Shown: one piece after another, positions 38,112-51,000 of the stretch
Layout of the letters: each line of letters begins with the position of its first letter
Numbering within the stretch: position 1 is the stretch's first letter
NCBI GenBank assembly: GCA_043228905.1
Contig: JBHGNT010000009.1
Coordinates: forward strand, 13,764,001-13,828,000
Source: Azolla caroliniana
Lineage: Eukaryota > Plantae > Polypodiophyta
Direction: 5' to 3'
Length of the DNA: 64,000 nucleotides
The notes under the pieces: generated by a model
Databases searched by the model: none
The model's input: only the letters and a program-made list of their open reading frames with translations
Told to the model about the DNA's origin: nothing
Translations under genes and position numbers: made by a program

Positions 38112-41100
38112 TATGGACGAATCGTTTGGCGGCATGTTGAAGCTCACCAGCTCCAACTATTCGGTGTGGAAGTCGAAGATGAGGGACATGCTCGTGGTTA
38201 AAGACCTCTGGCTGCCGGTTCAGTTCGGGGACAAGAGGCCGGACAAAATCGACGCCGCAATATGGGAGGTGATGCACATGAAGACAACGGCGTACATACG
38301 GTGCTTCATCGACATGAGCCTGTACAACAACTTCAATGAAGAGAGCAACGCTCATGAACTCTGGGAGAAGATCCGCATAATGTTTCAGAACAAAAATGTT
38401 GTTAATCAGGTTTCGATATTCCGGAAGTTAGTAAGCCTCCGGTACCAAGATGGCTCCAGCATGGCGGAGCACATGAATGCCTTCCAGGGGCTGATCCACC
38501 AGGCAACTTCATTGGAAGTACCTCTCGCCGATGAGGTACTTGCGCTACTCCTGCTCGGTTCCCTCCCGGACAGCTGGTAGACGTTGGTTGTCACTTTGGG
38601 CAACACCGGGCCGGAAGGAAAGCGGTTATCCCTAGCAAGAGTGAAGTCGAGCCTGCTAGATGAGGAGGTGCGTCGGAAAGATAAAGATACGAGCTCCGAC
38701 TCCAAAGCGCTCCTTACCGAATCGGAACGCGGAAGACATAGAAACCGTAGTCCCCAGAACCGGGAGAAGTCGGGGACACGGTCAAAGTCAAGGGGGAGGC
38801 CCACTTGCTTCTATTGCGGCAAGCCGGGTCACTTCCAAAAGAACTGTCGGCATTTCCGTAAAGACAAGGAAACCAACGGTACCGATTCGAAGCAAACCCC
38901 GAACCGGAACGGTAAAGACCGAAGGGGGCCGGACCGGAAGGGAACAACGGCAATCGCGGCAAGTGAAGAGGAGTTGATGCTCATCACCGAGGAGAGTGAG
39001 ATAAACCTTGCCGGCGACGAGATGACCTGGGTGGTAGACTCCGGAGCGTCGTTCCACCTTACCCCGGACCGGAAATGCTTCTCATCCTATTCAGCCGGTG
39101 ATCACGGCGGTGTCCGGATGGGGAATGAAGGAACATGCCGAATTGTCGGCATAGGAGACATGTGGCTGACAACACCAACCGGATGCAAGTTGCTACTGAA
39201 GGATGTCCGACACGTTCCGGAGGTTCGTCTGAACCTGATATCAGCCGGTCGGCTAGATGATGAAGGCTACACGGGTAGCATCCGGAACGGTGTCATGAAG
39301 TTCAGCAAAGGGAGCCTGATTGTGGCTCGGGCCCGGAAGGTCAACACATTGTACCTGATGAATGCCCGGTTATGCCCAGAAGAACTGAAGGTGGCATCCG
39401 ACACTACTGGTGAGCTGTGGCACAAGAGGCTGTGTCATATGAGCGAGAAGGGGATGAAGAGGCTTGCAGACGACAACCTCATTACAGTGAAGAACGTGCA
39501 CTTAGAGAAGTGCACTGATTGTCTGGTCGGTAAGCAAAACCGGACCTCCTTCCGACCAAGGCCACCGATGAGACGTAATGCACCACTGGAGTTGGTGCAT
39601 ACGGATGTGTGTCAAGTAGACACGAAGTCACATGCCGGAGCGCAGTACTACGTGACGTTCATAGATGACCACAGCCGGAAGCTGTGGGCCACACTGTTGA
39701 AGACGAAGGATCAGGTGTTATCCGTCTTCAAAGAGCTCCACGCGAGAGTGGAAAGAGAAACCGGTCGGAAGCTGAAGGCGGTTCGAGCAGATAACGGAGG
39801 AGAATACCGGGGGCAGTTCGAGGAGTACTGCCGCTCGAAGGGAATCCGGCTCGAATTTACCGTGCCGAAGACGCCGGAACTAAACGGACTGGCCGAGAGG
39901 ATGAACCAGACCATAATGGAGAGGGTCCGGAGTATGCTAGCGCATGCAAAACTACCCAAGAAGTTTTGGGCTGAGGCATTGTCGACGGCGACATACGTGA
40001 TAAACAGATCACCCTCAGTACCCTTGGACGGAGACACGCCACAGAGAGTATGGACCGGTAAGGAAGTGTCCTACCGGCATCTGAAGGTGTTTGGGTGTCT
40101 CGCGTACGTGCATGTAGCAAAGGACCGGAGAGGAAAGTTAGATCCAAAGACCCGACCATGCATATTCCTCGGTTACGGTGGCGATGAGTTCGGCTACCGA
40201 GTGTGGGACCCGGTCGACAAGAAGGTATTCCGGAGTCGAGATATTATCTTCATGGAGGACAAGACGCTCGCCGACTGGGAGTCAAAGAAGAAGATAATGA
40301 ACTCCGAGTCAACTGGTAAGGATAGAGTCTACGTTGAGCAGACCCAACCGGCAAGAGAACGGTTAGCACTCGAGGAACCAGCTGGTTACAGTGAGGATAC
40401 CGAACCGGCAGAAGAAGAAATAGAGGAAGCTGAGACCGGAACCGGCCAAAACTCCGAATCGGATTCGGATGAAGAGAAAATGGAGGAGCCGGCTACCGAA
40501 GCTCAAAGACGGAGATATCCTCTCAGAGAGAGAAGGGCCCCCCGGAGATTTCTGGATGCAGAGCATGTCCTGCTGACCGATGAGGGGGAGCCGGAAAGCT
40601 TCAAAAAAGCGGAGGATGACACCCACAGCCGAAAATGGTTAAGTGCCATGCAGGACGAGATGGATTCCCTGCATGAGAACCATACGTACGAGTTGGTGGA
40701 GTTGCCGAAAGGAAAGCGGGCCCTCCGAAACAAGTGGGTGTACAAGTTGAAACCGGGAGATGCCGGAAACCCCTCGAGATACAAAGCCAGGATCGTGGTG
40801 AAGGGGTTCCAGCAGAAGAAGGGCGTGGACTTCGACGAGATATTTGCCCCGGTAGTAAAGATGACCTCCTTCCGGACAGTGCTGAGTATAGTGGCAAGCA
40901 TGGACCTTGAGGTAGAGCAAGTGGACGTGAAGATAGCATTCCTTCACGGCGACCTCGAAGAGGAGATCTACATGCAGCAACCGGAAGGATTCGTGGAGAA
41001 AGGGAAGGAGCACCTGGTATGCCGGTTGAAGAAGAGCCTGTATGGACTGAAGTAGGCTCCCCGACAATTGTACCGGAAGTTCGACTCCTTCATGACCAAT

Positions 41101-42117
41101 CAAGGGTAACACAAGATGCAGGCCGATCACTGCGTGTTTGTGAAGAAGTTCGAAGGAGGCGACTTCCTGATACTCCTTCTGTACGTGGATGACATGTTGA
41201 TTGTCGGTCGTGACCAAGTCAAAATACGGATGCTGAAAAAGGCTCTCAACCGGACCTTCTCAATGAAAGACTTGGGTCCGGCAAGACAAATGTTGGGGAT
41301 GCACATCATTCGGAACCGGTCAGCGAAGCAATTATGGCTGTCACAGGAAAAGTATGTGACAAAGGTGCTTCACCGGTTCAACATGTCAGAAGCGAAACCA
41401 GTCGGATCGACACTTCCGGCAAACTGCAGGCTATCCGGCAAGCAAAGCCCGAAGACGAAAGCAGAGAAGGCGGATATGATGAAGATTCCATATGCCTCTG
41501 CCGTCGGGAGCTTGATGTACGCAATGATTTGTACTCGACCGGATATAGGATACACAGTCGGAGTGGTGAGCCGGTTCATGAGTAATCCCGGCAAGGAGCA
41601 CTGGAACGCGGTCAAATGGATACTCCGGTATTTGAAGGGCACTTCAAATATGTGTCTCCGATTCGGCTCCGAAAAATCTCAACTAGACGGTTTCACCGAT
41701 TCAGACATGTCGGCTGATGTGGATACCAGCCGGTCTACATCCGGGTATGTAATGACATATGCAGGGGGAGCTGTTTCGTGGCAGTCGAGGCTGCAGAAGA
41801 CGGTTGCATTGTCAACCACAGAGGCGGAGTACATGGCAACTGTGGAAGCCGGCAAGGAAATATTATGGATGAAGGACTTCATCGGAGAGCTCAGTATCCG
41901 GCAAGAGGAATATCGACTCTATTACGACAGTCAAAGTGCCATCCACCTTGCTAAGAATGCGGCCTACCACTCCCGGACGAAGCATATCCAGCGAAGATAT
42001 CACTCGATCCGGGAAAGAATAGATGACCAGGAGTTCGCACTGACAAAGATCCACACGGCCGAGAACGGGTCAGATATGCTGACCAAAGTTCTGATACCCG
42101 ACAAGTTGGATGCATGA
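38112..42117 (+). pseudogene. Copia gag-pol with a few premature stops (38578, 41053, about 41107)
   Basis: CFYCGKPGHFQKNC, WVVDSGAS, LWHKRLCH, RADNGGEY, LYVDDM, FTDSD, HSRTKHI, all in one frame. Confidence 0.93.
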
Positions 42118-42441
42118 CGGAAGAGAATCGGACTGGTAAGACACCCCATGCCGGAGTGAAGGGGGAGTTTGTTGGGAGACAGGTCCCTCCGGATGGGAAG
42201 GGAGAAGAACAGTGTCGATGAGCAAACTGGATGTAAACTGACCCGGATGAAAGTCGATCGTCTGAGTCCGATTCGGCTGAATGCGAATACGGACGAAGGC
42301 CGACCAAGCCAGAAGTTGATTGGTCAAGACACACAGAAGATGAACCGGCCTAGATGTTGGGAGACAGGTCCCTCCGGATGGGAAGGGAGAAGAACAGTGC
42401 CGATGAACAAACTTGGCCGAGGCCAAAACCGTATGAGGTGG

Positions 42442-42684
42442 ACCCGGCTACGGAGAGCCGGATGATGCAGACCCGGTGAAGACCGGATGAGGATTACCCG
42501 GCTACGGAGAGCCAGATGGTACAGACCCGGTATGAACCGGATGAGAAGTACCCGGCTACGGAGAGCCGAATGATGCAGACCCGGTGAAGACCGGATGAGG
42601 AGTACCCGGCTACGGAGAGCCGGATGGTGTAGACCCGGTGAAGACCGGATGAGGAGTACCCGGCTACGGAGAACCGGATGAAGA
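42442..42684 (+). repeat. 54-bp tandem repeat in the Copia 3' LTR
   Basis: Same unit as 37395-37636. Confidence 0.9.
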
Positions 42685-45600
42685 GACAAATTCGTAAATA
42701 TGTTTCTGATAGTCCATCGAGACTATATTTGTAAATAGCCGAAAAGTCATATTAGTATAAATATGACTTAGGGCAAACTAGTAGTTAGTTGTTGCCATTC
42801 TTGTTTTGAAGAAGAATAGAGAGAGTGCGTAACTGTGTACAGAGAGAGAGAGAGAGAGAGAGAGAAAGAGGTCGTTGCCTTTGTTGTAACCGCCACCTGT
42901 GGCGAAGATCTGTGAGCACAAGGTCGTTGCCTCAGTGAACTCACTGTTGTACATTCTTACATAGTGACAGTTTGCAACCTGTGGGTTGCCGTGGTTTTTT
43001 CCCTTAGTTTGGGGTTTTTCCACGTAAACCTCTTGTGTACCTTTCCTCTTCTTTGTGTTGCGTTTTATTTCCCGTTTTCTATGTATCATTCTAAGCTCGG
43101 TTGTGTCCGAGCGTTGCGCATAAGGAGCCTTGAGCTCCTGCCACTAGACGGAGGTCAAAGCAGACGAGCCGCGACACCCGGTCGAGGCTAGTGAGCATAA
43201 GGAAAGGCAAGCATGAGACGAGAAATGATGATAAAGGAAAGTTAGGTGACCAAGGAGATGGCCAAGATGAAGGTGGAACATTCATGAAACTTAAACAATT
43301 ATCCTCAAGAAGGGAGCAAGGGGCCATGACAACAAGTCATGGTAAAGCAAAGAAAAAATGAATGATATGGTGGATTGGGTGGCAACAATGATTCGAGTAC
43401 AAAGAAACAGGCATGCTTGACATTGAGGAGTCATGTTGATCACCATTGCCAAAATCTCACATTCTCTCTTCTTGGCACGTACCGGAGGAAGTGCGGTTTG
43501 GTGGGGGTGGATGTCGTGAAGATTTTCGGCAATGGTGTGAAAATCACATAAGACGTACGAAATCAAATGTAATCATATAAAATAGTAATAGTGAATATAC
43601 TAATTCTAAGTAAGTTTAATATCTTAGTACAAAAGACAAAGACCTTGAAGAGATGCACTTTACTACATAAGAAACAAACATCTAAGTGTCAACTTATGTG
43701 GGTAAGAAGTTGCGAAAGAAAAAGAGAAAATTGTGACATATCCCACATAGATAGGACGAATAAGGCTCTCACCATATATAAGGTAGAGCAAAAGTTATTA
43801 TATTTGTGTCTACGTGTGGAGCATACAGAGTTCAAGGTAACTTGAACTAAGAGTGGAGGTGGCCTAGCCACTCGTAAAGGGTTTGGCCAACCAAAATGGA
43901 ACTGGACAATAACCGGCAATTGGTGATCCGGCATCTGATGGAGCTGGCGAGGCGGCGGAATCAGCATCGAACGGAGCCAGTGATTCGGCGGTATCGACAA
44001 CCGACAGAGCCGGCAAGGCGGTATCTGGCGACCAAATTAATAAATAACTATATATATACAAGGAGGGCAAGTAAGGATTCAAACCTTGCACCTCCTAGTT
44101 AAGAGTCGATAGGCTTATCACTAAGCCATGACATTTAGTTGAATTTATATTTCTATCATTGTACTTTTACATGTCAATTCACATACATGAGAGCTAAAAT
44201 GAGTGACATGGTTATCATGCACCACATGTAATACATGAGCGCTAAATGACACACATGCATTTTATGCATGTCTTGTACCCTCACATGCATCATATGCATG
44301 AGAACATCTATAAAAGAAGGGATGAAAAAGAAAAAGGGTTAGGCTCTTTTGGTTATGAAATTAAGAAGAAGAAAATTCGTTTTCGAATTGATCATGTAAC
44401 TTGTTTCTTAAATCTAAAGATAAAAGTTCAATCTATCTCTCTCAATCGAAAGTCAAGCGTTTAATCTCAACTTCTCTCTTTCCCAATCTATCTTAAATAC
44501 TTCCTCACTAAAGCTTGTACCGACTTCGAATCCTTCTGGTCTAGAACCTCGGCGGTTCCGCCTCACGATCCATGCCTAGTGACGGATCTTCATGACATAG
44601 CAATGAACAAAGTGTTGAGGGATTGCATCTCAGGATCAAGGGATGTCCAAAGGACACCAAGGACGAATCGATTGGAGCAGACGGATGGGGGAGATTTGTT
44701 GTGGGCCACATGTCAGACTGCGAGAGGATACTATAGAGGCTTGAGGGTGCTTGGCTTACCTTCTCCGGCTTACCTTCTTCGGCTTTTAGACAATTAGAGA
44801 TTTTGGTAGTCGGTCACCTGTGCGGGCCATACGACCGGAAACCATCTCCGACGAAGGTAGAGGCCATCTCGGTAATGAAGGTAGAGTGTCAGTCAGTCAC
44901 GGAAGTCTGACGGTTCCTAGGGACGTCTGCCTTCTACCACATTTGGATTCCCCACTACGCGCACATCGCCAAGCCGCTCTACGGGTTGCTGAAGATGGGT
45001 CAAAATTTTGAATAGATAGAAGAGCACACAGAGGCAGTCCAGAAACTGAAGGGAATGCTCACAGAAGCACCGGCTGTTCGGAAAGTAGTGTACAAGAAGG
45101 ACACTCCGGTTTACGTGACAGTGGATACGAGTCCGACCGGAATCGGGTGGGTGGTAAATCAGGAAGATGAGGACGGTACACGATTCCCCATCCGGTTCGA
45201 TGTGAAGGTGCTGAGCAGGCGACAACGAGGATACACCTAGGTCAAACGTGAACTCTAGGGTGTCATTTTAGCCGTCAATGCCAATGCAGACTACTTGGTC
45301 GGGACTGAAGTGATAATCGAGATAGATTGCCTACCGATTCTCGGTATTGTTTACGGATGCAAGACACCGGACTGGGCAATGCTCAGGTGGATCGCGTACA
45401 TCAAGTCCCTGAATCTAGAGATACAACACATCTATGGAAAGGACAACATCATGGACAATATGATCTGAAGTGCATGGTTTAAGAATGAGGAGGTCGGCAC
45501 GGTGTTGGAAGACGAGGAGGTCGGCATGGACTTCTTCAAGTCGGCTGGAATATCGGCGAGCAAGCGGAACACTCCGGCCCTGAACGAGTTTGACGAGAAT

Positions 45601-46227
45601 GACTACGACGAGGAGTGGACTTAGATTGGTAAGTTCCTAAGTACAATGGGGCTGAGAGGCAACATGGACGAGGGACGAAGCAAGCCGGATCCGGAAAAAG
45701 GCTTACCGGTTCATCCTTCGGAGCAGTAAAATCTGGAGGCACCCGAAAAGAAGGACTAGTACACTAGTCCAGGTGGTAACAAAGGAGAGCGAACAATCGA
45801 TACTTGTGTCGGAATTCCATGAGAGCCCTTAGTCCGGACACCGTGGCATGTGGGCTACGTTCAAGAAACTAAAGGAGAAGTATTGGTGGCCAGGGATATA
45901 TCGTGACGTGCATCACTTCGTCGCGACTTGCGAAAGCTGTCGGATGCATTCCGGAATCCGACACCGAGACGACTTACACTTGACCTACCCATCTACCATA
46001 CACTTCAAGTGACAATGATGATGGGGATAGGATAGATGCAGTACCCTAGTTCTCGCAAGAGAAGTCCTAACGAATCAGGTAGAGGGCCGAGCATTGGCCA
46101 ACAAAATGACCGCAGTCGTATGCCGATTTTTGATCGAAAATGTGATTTGCCGGTATGGGTGTGTGGGGAGCTAAACGCGCAAGAAGCCAAGGAGCTATTC
46201 GACCGATTAGGGGTCAAGCTTCCCCTC

Positions 46228-47822
46228 TGTTGTCTACTGTAAGAGGAAACGTAAATAACGCATGATAAAGAAGGGTATTAATTATAATAGGAGCGTTGAA
46301 GTAACACGTCTAACGGTTCACACGGGAAGCGTAACCGAGTAGGCCCTGTGTATATAAAGGGCATATGAACATTGTAAAGAAATACCGCAATTCTGAGCAC
46401 AGTCGTTTAATATAGTTTCTGTCTTCTCTGAGTTCTTTCTCTTATCTCTTGTCTCTTCTCTGTTGTCTCTATGTGACTATATAAGCGTAAGCGTGTAAGG
46501 TGAATACGTGTTGCGTGGTTACGCACATTAGGAGCTCGGTTGTAGCCATCTCTAGTTTTACGCCTTTAGTAAACACGCTCTAAGTCACTACGTTCCACGT
46601 GCTACACAAATTCCTACCCAGCACCATGATCACCATGATACCTACCAAGAAGGACTTAGGGTAGGGCGTGTTCCTAACCGGCAACACTTTTGGCACACCT
46701 GGTGATCTATGAACCCTCATAGCCGAGGAGCAAGGAATGGTTGTCTAGCCACCGACGTAATAAAGAACCCACTCGACAAGATCGACCACTAACCAGGTAA
46801 GTCACCCGACAGACCGAAGAACGCACTACGCAAAAACCTCGCCTTAGTGACCGTGCCCCTTCTCCCTTGGAGTATACGGTAGAATCCACACTCACGAAGC
46901 AAAGCGGCATTAGGTAGGAAGACCTATCATCACTAGATCAAGCTAGTGTTACAAAGTCTCACAAAAAGCCTCACCTTGATAGCAACAATAGTCCCTTTCC
47001 CAGCACAATTGTCGCAACCAACATGGCTTTCTCTTACCCCCGTTTCAACGGCAAAACTGACGCCGTGAGCCACATTCGGTCGTTGCTCAACATTTGGAAC
47101 GCTAATCACATGGCACAACAACTTCCAGAGGCGAAAGCGCCCGCATCGAAGATTGCCGAGTTTGGGATAACCTTGGATGACCGCATTGCTCGCTGGCATT
47201 CCCAGCTCGATATCACGTCCTTCGCGATGTTTGACCAGCTTCAATTGTCATTTTTGTGATTCTTCCATCGGAGTGTCCCTCAACGTGAGATTATCGGCCA
47301 GTTTTACACCATCAAACAATTTCTGAAAGAGTTTGTAGCAGATTTCAGTCTGCGATTTCAGAGCCTAGGGCGTCAACTCACACGCGTTCCAACGGAGGAT
47401 GAGGCTAAGGACACTGTTTTGGCAGTGTTACAACAACCACTCAAGACTACCCTGACTATGCAGAATGTGAAGGACGAGACGTCAAACATGGTTATGGAGC
47501 AGGTGTTGCAGCTTGAACTAGAAGACGAGGATGAAGGATTGTCCATGGCATCGCTCCGGTAGGTGTTGCCCCAAGACGAGGAATATCGGTTCCGCCAGGC
47601 CATTCAATGCACAATCTGCTTGAACTTAGGGCACTCTGCGGTGAATTGTAACATGCGAATACATTGCACCATTTGCCATTCATGGGCGCAAATGGAGGAC
47701 CAGTGCGAATATAATATGCTGAACAGGTCCACGCCTACAGTTCGCCATATGGAACCACAACGAAAATACTGCCAAAATGACCAAGGCCGTCCGGAAGAGC
47801 GTTACCGTAATACAGAACATAA
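46228..47822 (+). mobile_element. 3'-truncated Gypsy: 5' LTR 46228-46686, tRNA-Arg-type PBS, gag remnant
   Basis: TGTTGTC...GGCAACA; TGGCACACCTGGTG at 46691; YPRFNGKTDA; twin knuckles CTICLNLGHSAVNC. Confidence 0.85.
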
Positions 47823-48098
47823 CCATCTCTTCCTCCATTGCGGCATGCCAATTTGTGTCCTTTGCCGCTTCTGCGTAGCTCTGCGGCTCACGCACATCCG
47901 CCACTCGTTTCATGTATGCATAATGATGCGCCATGTATTCATTGTATTCGAACCGCACCACGAGGTTCTTTTGGCGGGTAGATCGGCGTAATTGTACATT
48001 AGCCGATTTTGAGGTCCTCTTGGCCGACGCAGACTTCATTTAAAAAGGTCCATCTTCGTTCTTCTCAGACTCAAATTCGCTTTGATCCGACTCCGTCT
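47823..48098 (-). mobile_element. Copia fragment (IN-RT linker)
   Basis: LRRSTRQKN..EPQSYAEAAKDTNWHAAMEEEM. Confidence 0.75.
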
Positions 48099-51000
48099 TG
48101 TAAAAGTTAGCGTGCGGAAGCTTGACAAAACCAGTTTAGCCGGGCGGCAACGGAGAATAGAAAACACAGGTTCAATGGAAGCTTGAGAATATTTAGCATA
48201 CACGGGAGAGATAGAGAGAGAGCAGAACATAAACTCTATTCTAAAATAATAATCCTCTGTGTACATAGAATGTGCTTAGAAAGCGCTTTTATACAAGTCC
48301 ATAAAGGATTGACAGAAGTATTGACAGGTACACTCCCAAAAATATGCCTATGTACTAGACCGGATCTGTAGGCCTCTAACGGCCTACCGGTTTCAATCCG
48401 CCCGGCTCCTGGTTTCGGATATCATCCAGACACCGATCTGGTTCTCCGTTCAGAATACTGATCCGGCTCTAGCTTATTCAGTCGATCCGGATCGGGTTGA
48501 TCTTGCTCGCTCAACACTCCTCCTCAAGTTCAACTTGAGCTCAGATCGTGGTGTAAGTTTCAATGGTAGCCATTTCTTCCGTCTGACTCATTCTAGTGTC
48601 CTCCCGCCTCGCTTGCGCTCCTCGTCCGATCCGGTCTGGTTCTGCTTTCCACGGCCCGTCTGGCTCTGTGCACCTCGACCACCTTGGTTGGTTTGTCTAC
48701 TCAGTAGGCCCATTTCAGCTCCTTCGCTGCTATGACTCCGACGTTTGTCGACCAATCTGTTCCTCTATGTCAGTGTCAACTTCCGCTTGGCCTTTAGTTG
48801 ATCCGACTATTCCGAATCCAACTGTTGAACCGAGTGGCTTCCTGCAATTCGTTCCATCTCTTGTCCTTCACCACATTGGACCACGTCCGGATCTTGGCCT
48901 TCTTCTATTCGGCTTTGTCCTTCTTGACTCTACCATCGTTGCCACTTGCTTTGACCTGTTCGGATGTGCTGTCTCCTTCGGTCGGCTCGGCCTCCTTTTT
49001 CTCCTCATCTCCCCCCCTCGGTTCTTTCTTCCTCTCCGGCTCCTTGTCCGATGCCATCCGTTCCCGTTCCTGTTCTCCCCCTCAAGTGTGGCACATCGAG
49101 ATGTTGAATGTCGAGTATCTCCGAAAAATGTTGCAACTTGTTCGATCCGAGCGGCTTCGTGAAGATGTCGGCATCCTGCAGATCCGTGTGAACATACTGA
49201 AGTTTAACTTCGCCGCTCAGGACCCGCTCACGAACAAAGTGATAATGCACTTCTATGTGCTTTGTCCGAGCATGGAATACAAGGTTCTTGGCGAGCTGTA
49301 TGCTGCGTACAGTGTCATAATAAATCAGGATTGGGGTCGGCACCTCGATCCGGAGGTTTCACAGAAGCCGCCGAAGCCAGATGGCTTCACAGGTGGCAAT
49401 GGTACCACCCTGGTACTCAGTCTTAGTGCTCGATAGAGCCACTGTAGCTTGCTTTTTGTCGCTCCATGCAACAACTGCTCTACCAAGAGAAAACATGTAA
49501 CCAAAGGTTGATCGATGATTGGATGCATCACAAGCCCAATCAACATCGGTATATCCAACTAGCTTCCCAGCTATACCGTGTCAGTATAACAGTCCCCGGT
49601 CCTTCGTCCCACTCACATATCGCAATAGTCGATGTGCGCATTGAAGGTGCTCCACGGTCGGCTTCTGCATAAACTGGTTGATCACCCTGACTGGATAACT
49701 GATGTTGGGTCGGGTGATCGTCAAGTATATAACACTTCAGACAATTTGTCAGAACCATTTCTCATCGCAGGCCAGGCCGGAGTCGGGATGTAGCTTCAGA
49801 TTCTGATCCAAGGGTGTGGAGATCGGTCGGCATTCCGTCATGCCGAACTTGTACAACATATTCAGCACATGGTGTCTTTGTGAGAGCAATATGTCATCGG
49901 GGGTTCAGATCACCTCGATCCCAAGAAAATAATGAAGGTCCCCCAGGTCCTTCATTTCAAATGCATCCGACAACTGCAACTTCACTCTACCGATTTCATC
50001 CAGTCCTGGTTCGTATCCGAATGGATCACATCGAGATGATTTCGATTTTGATTACACTTGTTGGGAAATGGAAGTCGGTGTTGCTTCTTGAGCTGGCACA
50101 CTTCGCAAATTTGGCCATTCCGGCTACTAAATGTCGGCAATCCGAAAACGATGTTCTTCATTTGCATTTCACGAAGTTGCGTGAAGTTAACATAGCCAAA
50201 CTGCTTGTGCCATAGGTTGATGTCTGACTTGACCTTCTGTCTTTCGCGAACAACACGATTCCGACTTCATTGGTATTGAGGATGAACATCCTCCCTTGTC
50301 GGTGTCCTTGTGCAATGACTTTGCCCTCCTCTTCGATGTAACAACCGAGATGCGTGAACCAAACTAGCATTCCCTGGTCGACAATCTGTCCGACCGACAA
50401 TAGGTTCTTCGTTATTGTCGGGACCTGTAGCACGATCATGAGTTTCCCTTTTTTCCTGAAGTGGCTGAGAGGAACTTCACTGACATGTTCAATGGTATGC
50501 AGAGTGTCATCTCCAGTTCCGACCACTCCTTGTTTTGACTCGTCATATGTTTTGACTCTCCCGAGTGAACATACCACAACTTGTTCGGTGTCGAAGTATT
50601 CACCGCCATCAAATTGGCCTTGTGCTTCTTTAGGAAGGTTGGGCCCAATCCATTTTCGGCTCGTTCGGAGCCCTCGGCGTAGTGCGATCGTTGTCGATTT
50701 CCTTCTTTGGTCCGGCTGGAGCCGGATGCGGTTTTCTTCAAATCAACGCGTTTCTTCCAGCACTCGCTCTCCCTGTGGCATTTCTTGCCACAGTACCAGC
50801 ATTCCACAGTAGGCTTTCCTTGCTAGCTTCCGGTGCCGCCTCAACTCCCCCTACTTCCGGAGGGTCCAGAACTACTATTGGCATTACGACCATGCCTTCC
50901 ATCTTGCTCCTGTCGGGCACCTCCATTGCACGCCAACATGCCTCATCCACCACGACCATGGGGCCTATCTTTCTCCACGTACAACATCTATTTGTCGGCG

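Larger units (their letters stand above)
37308..43143 (+). mobile_element. Near-complete Ty1/Copia element
   Basis: CTAGA TSD at 37303-37307 and 43144-43148; 5' LTR 37308-38082; PBS TGGTATCAGAGC at 38085; PPT at about 42154-42168; 3' LTR 42355-43143, preceded by a partial LTR at 42170-42228. Confidence 0.95.
34253..44597 (+). mobile_element. Family-A non-autonomous gag-only LTR element; LTRs 34253-35377 and 43512-44597; contains a nested Copia
   Basis: Two similar LTRs of about 1.1 kb; PBS (A)GGTGAACCTGACGTGAA at about 35387 (tRNA-Trp type); PPT GGTGGGGGTGGA at 43500-43511; TSD not clear. Confidence 0.88.
32976..46227 (+). mobile_element. Old degenerate Gypsy pol (32976-34252 and 44598-46227) hosting nested elements
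   Basis: YSNRWLTVPKKN..FIQDLQPVNK, DLYLGYDQ; RT continues ..VAHMV|AMNKVLRDCI across the insertion; RNase H VTVDTSP; integrase HHCC remnants. Confidence 0.8.
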
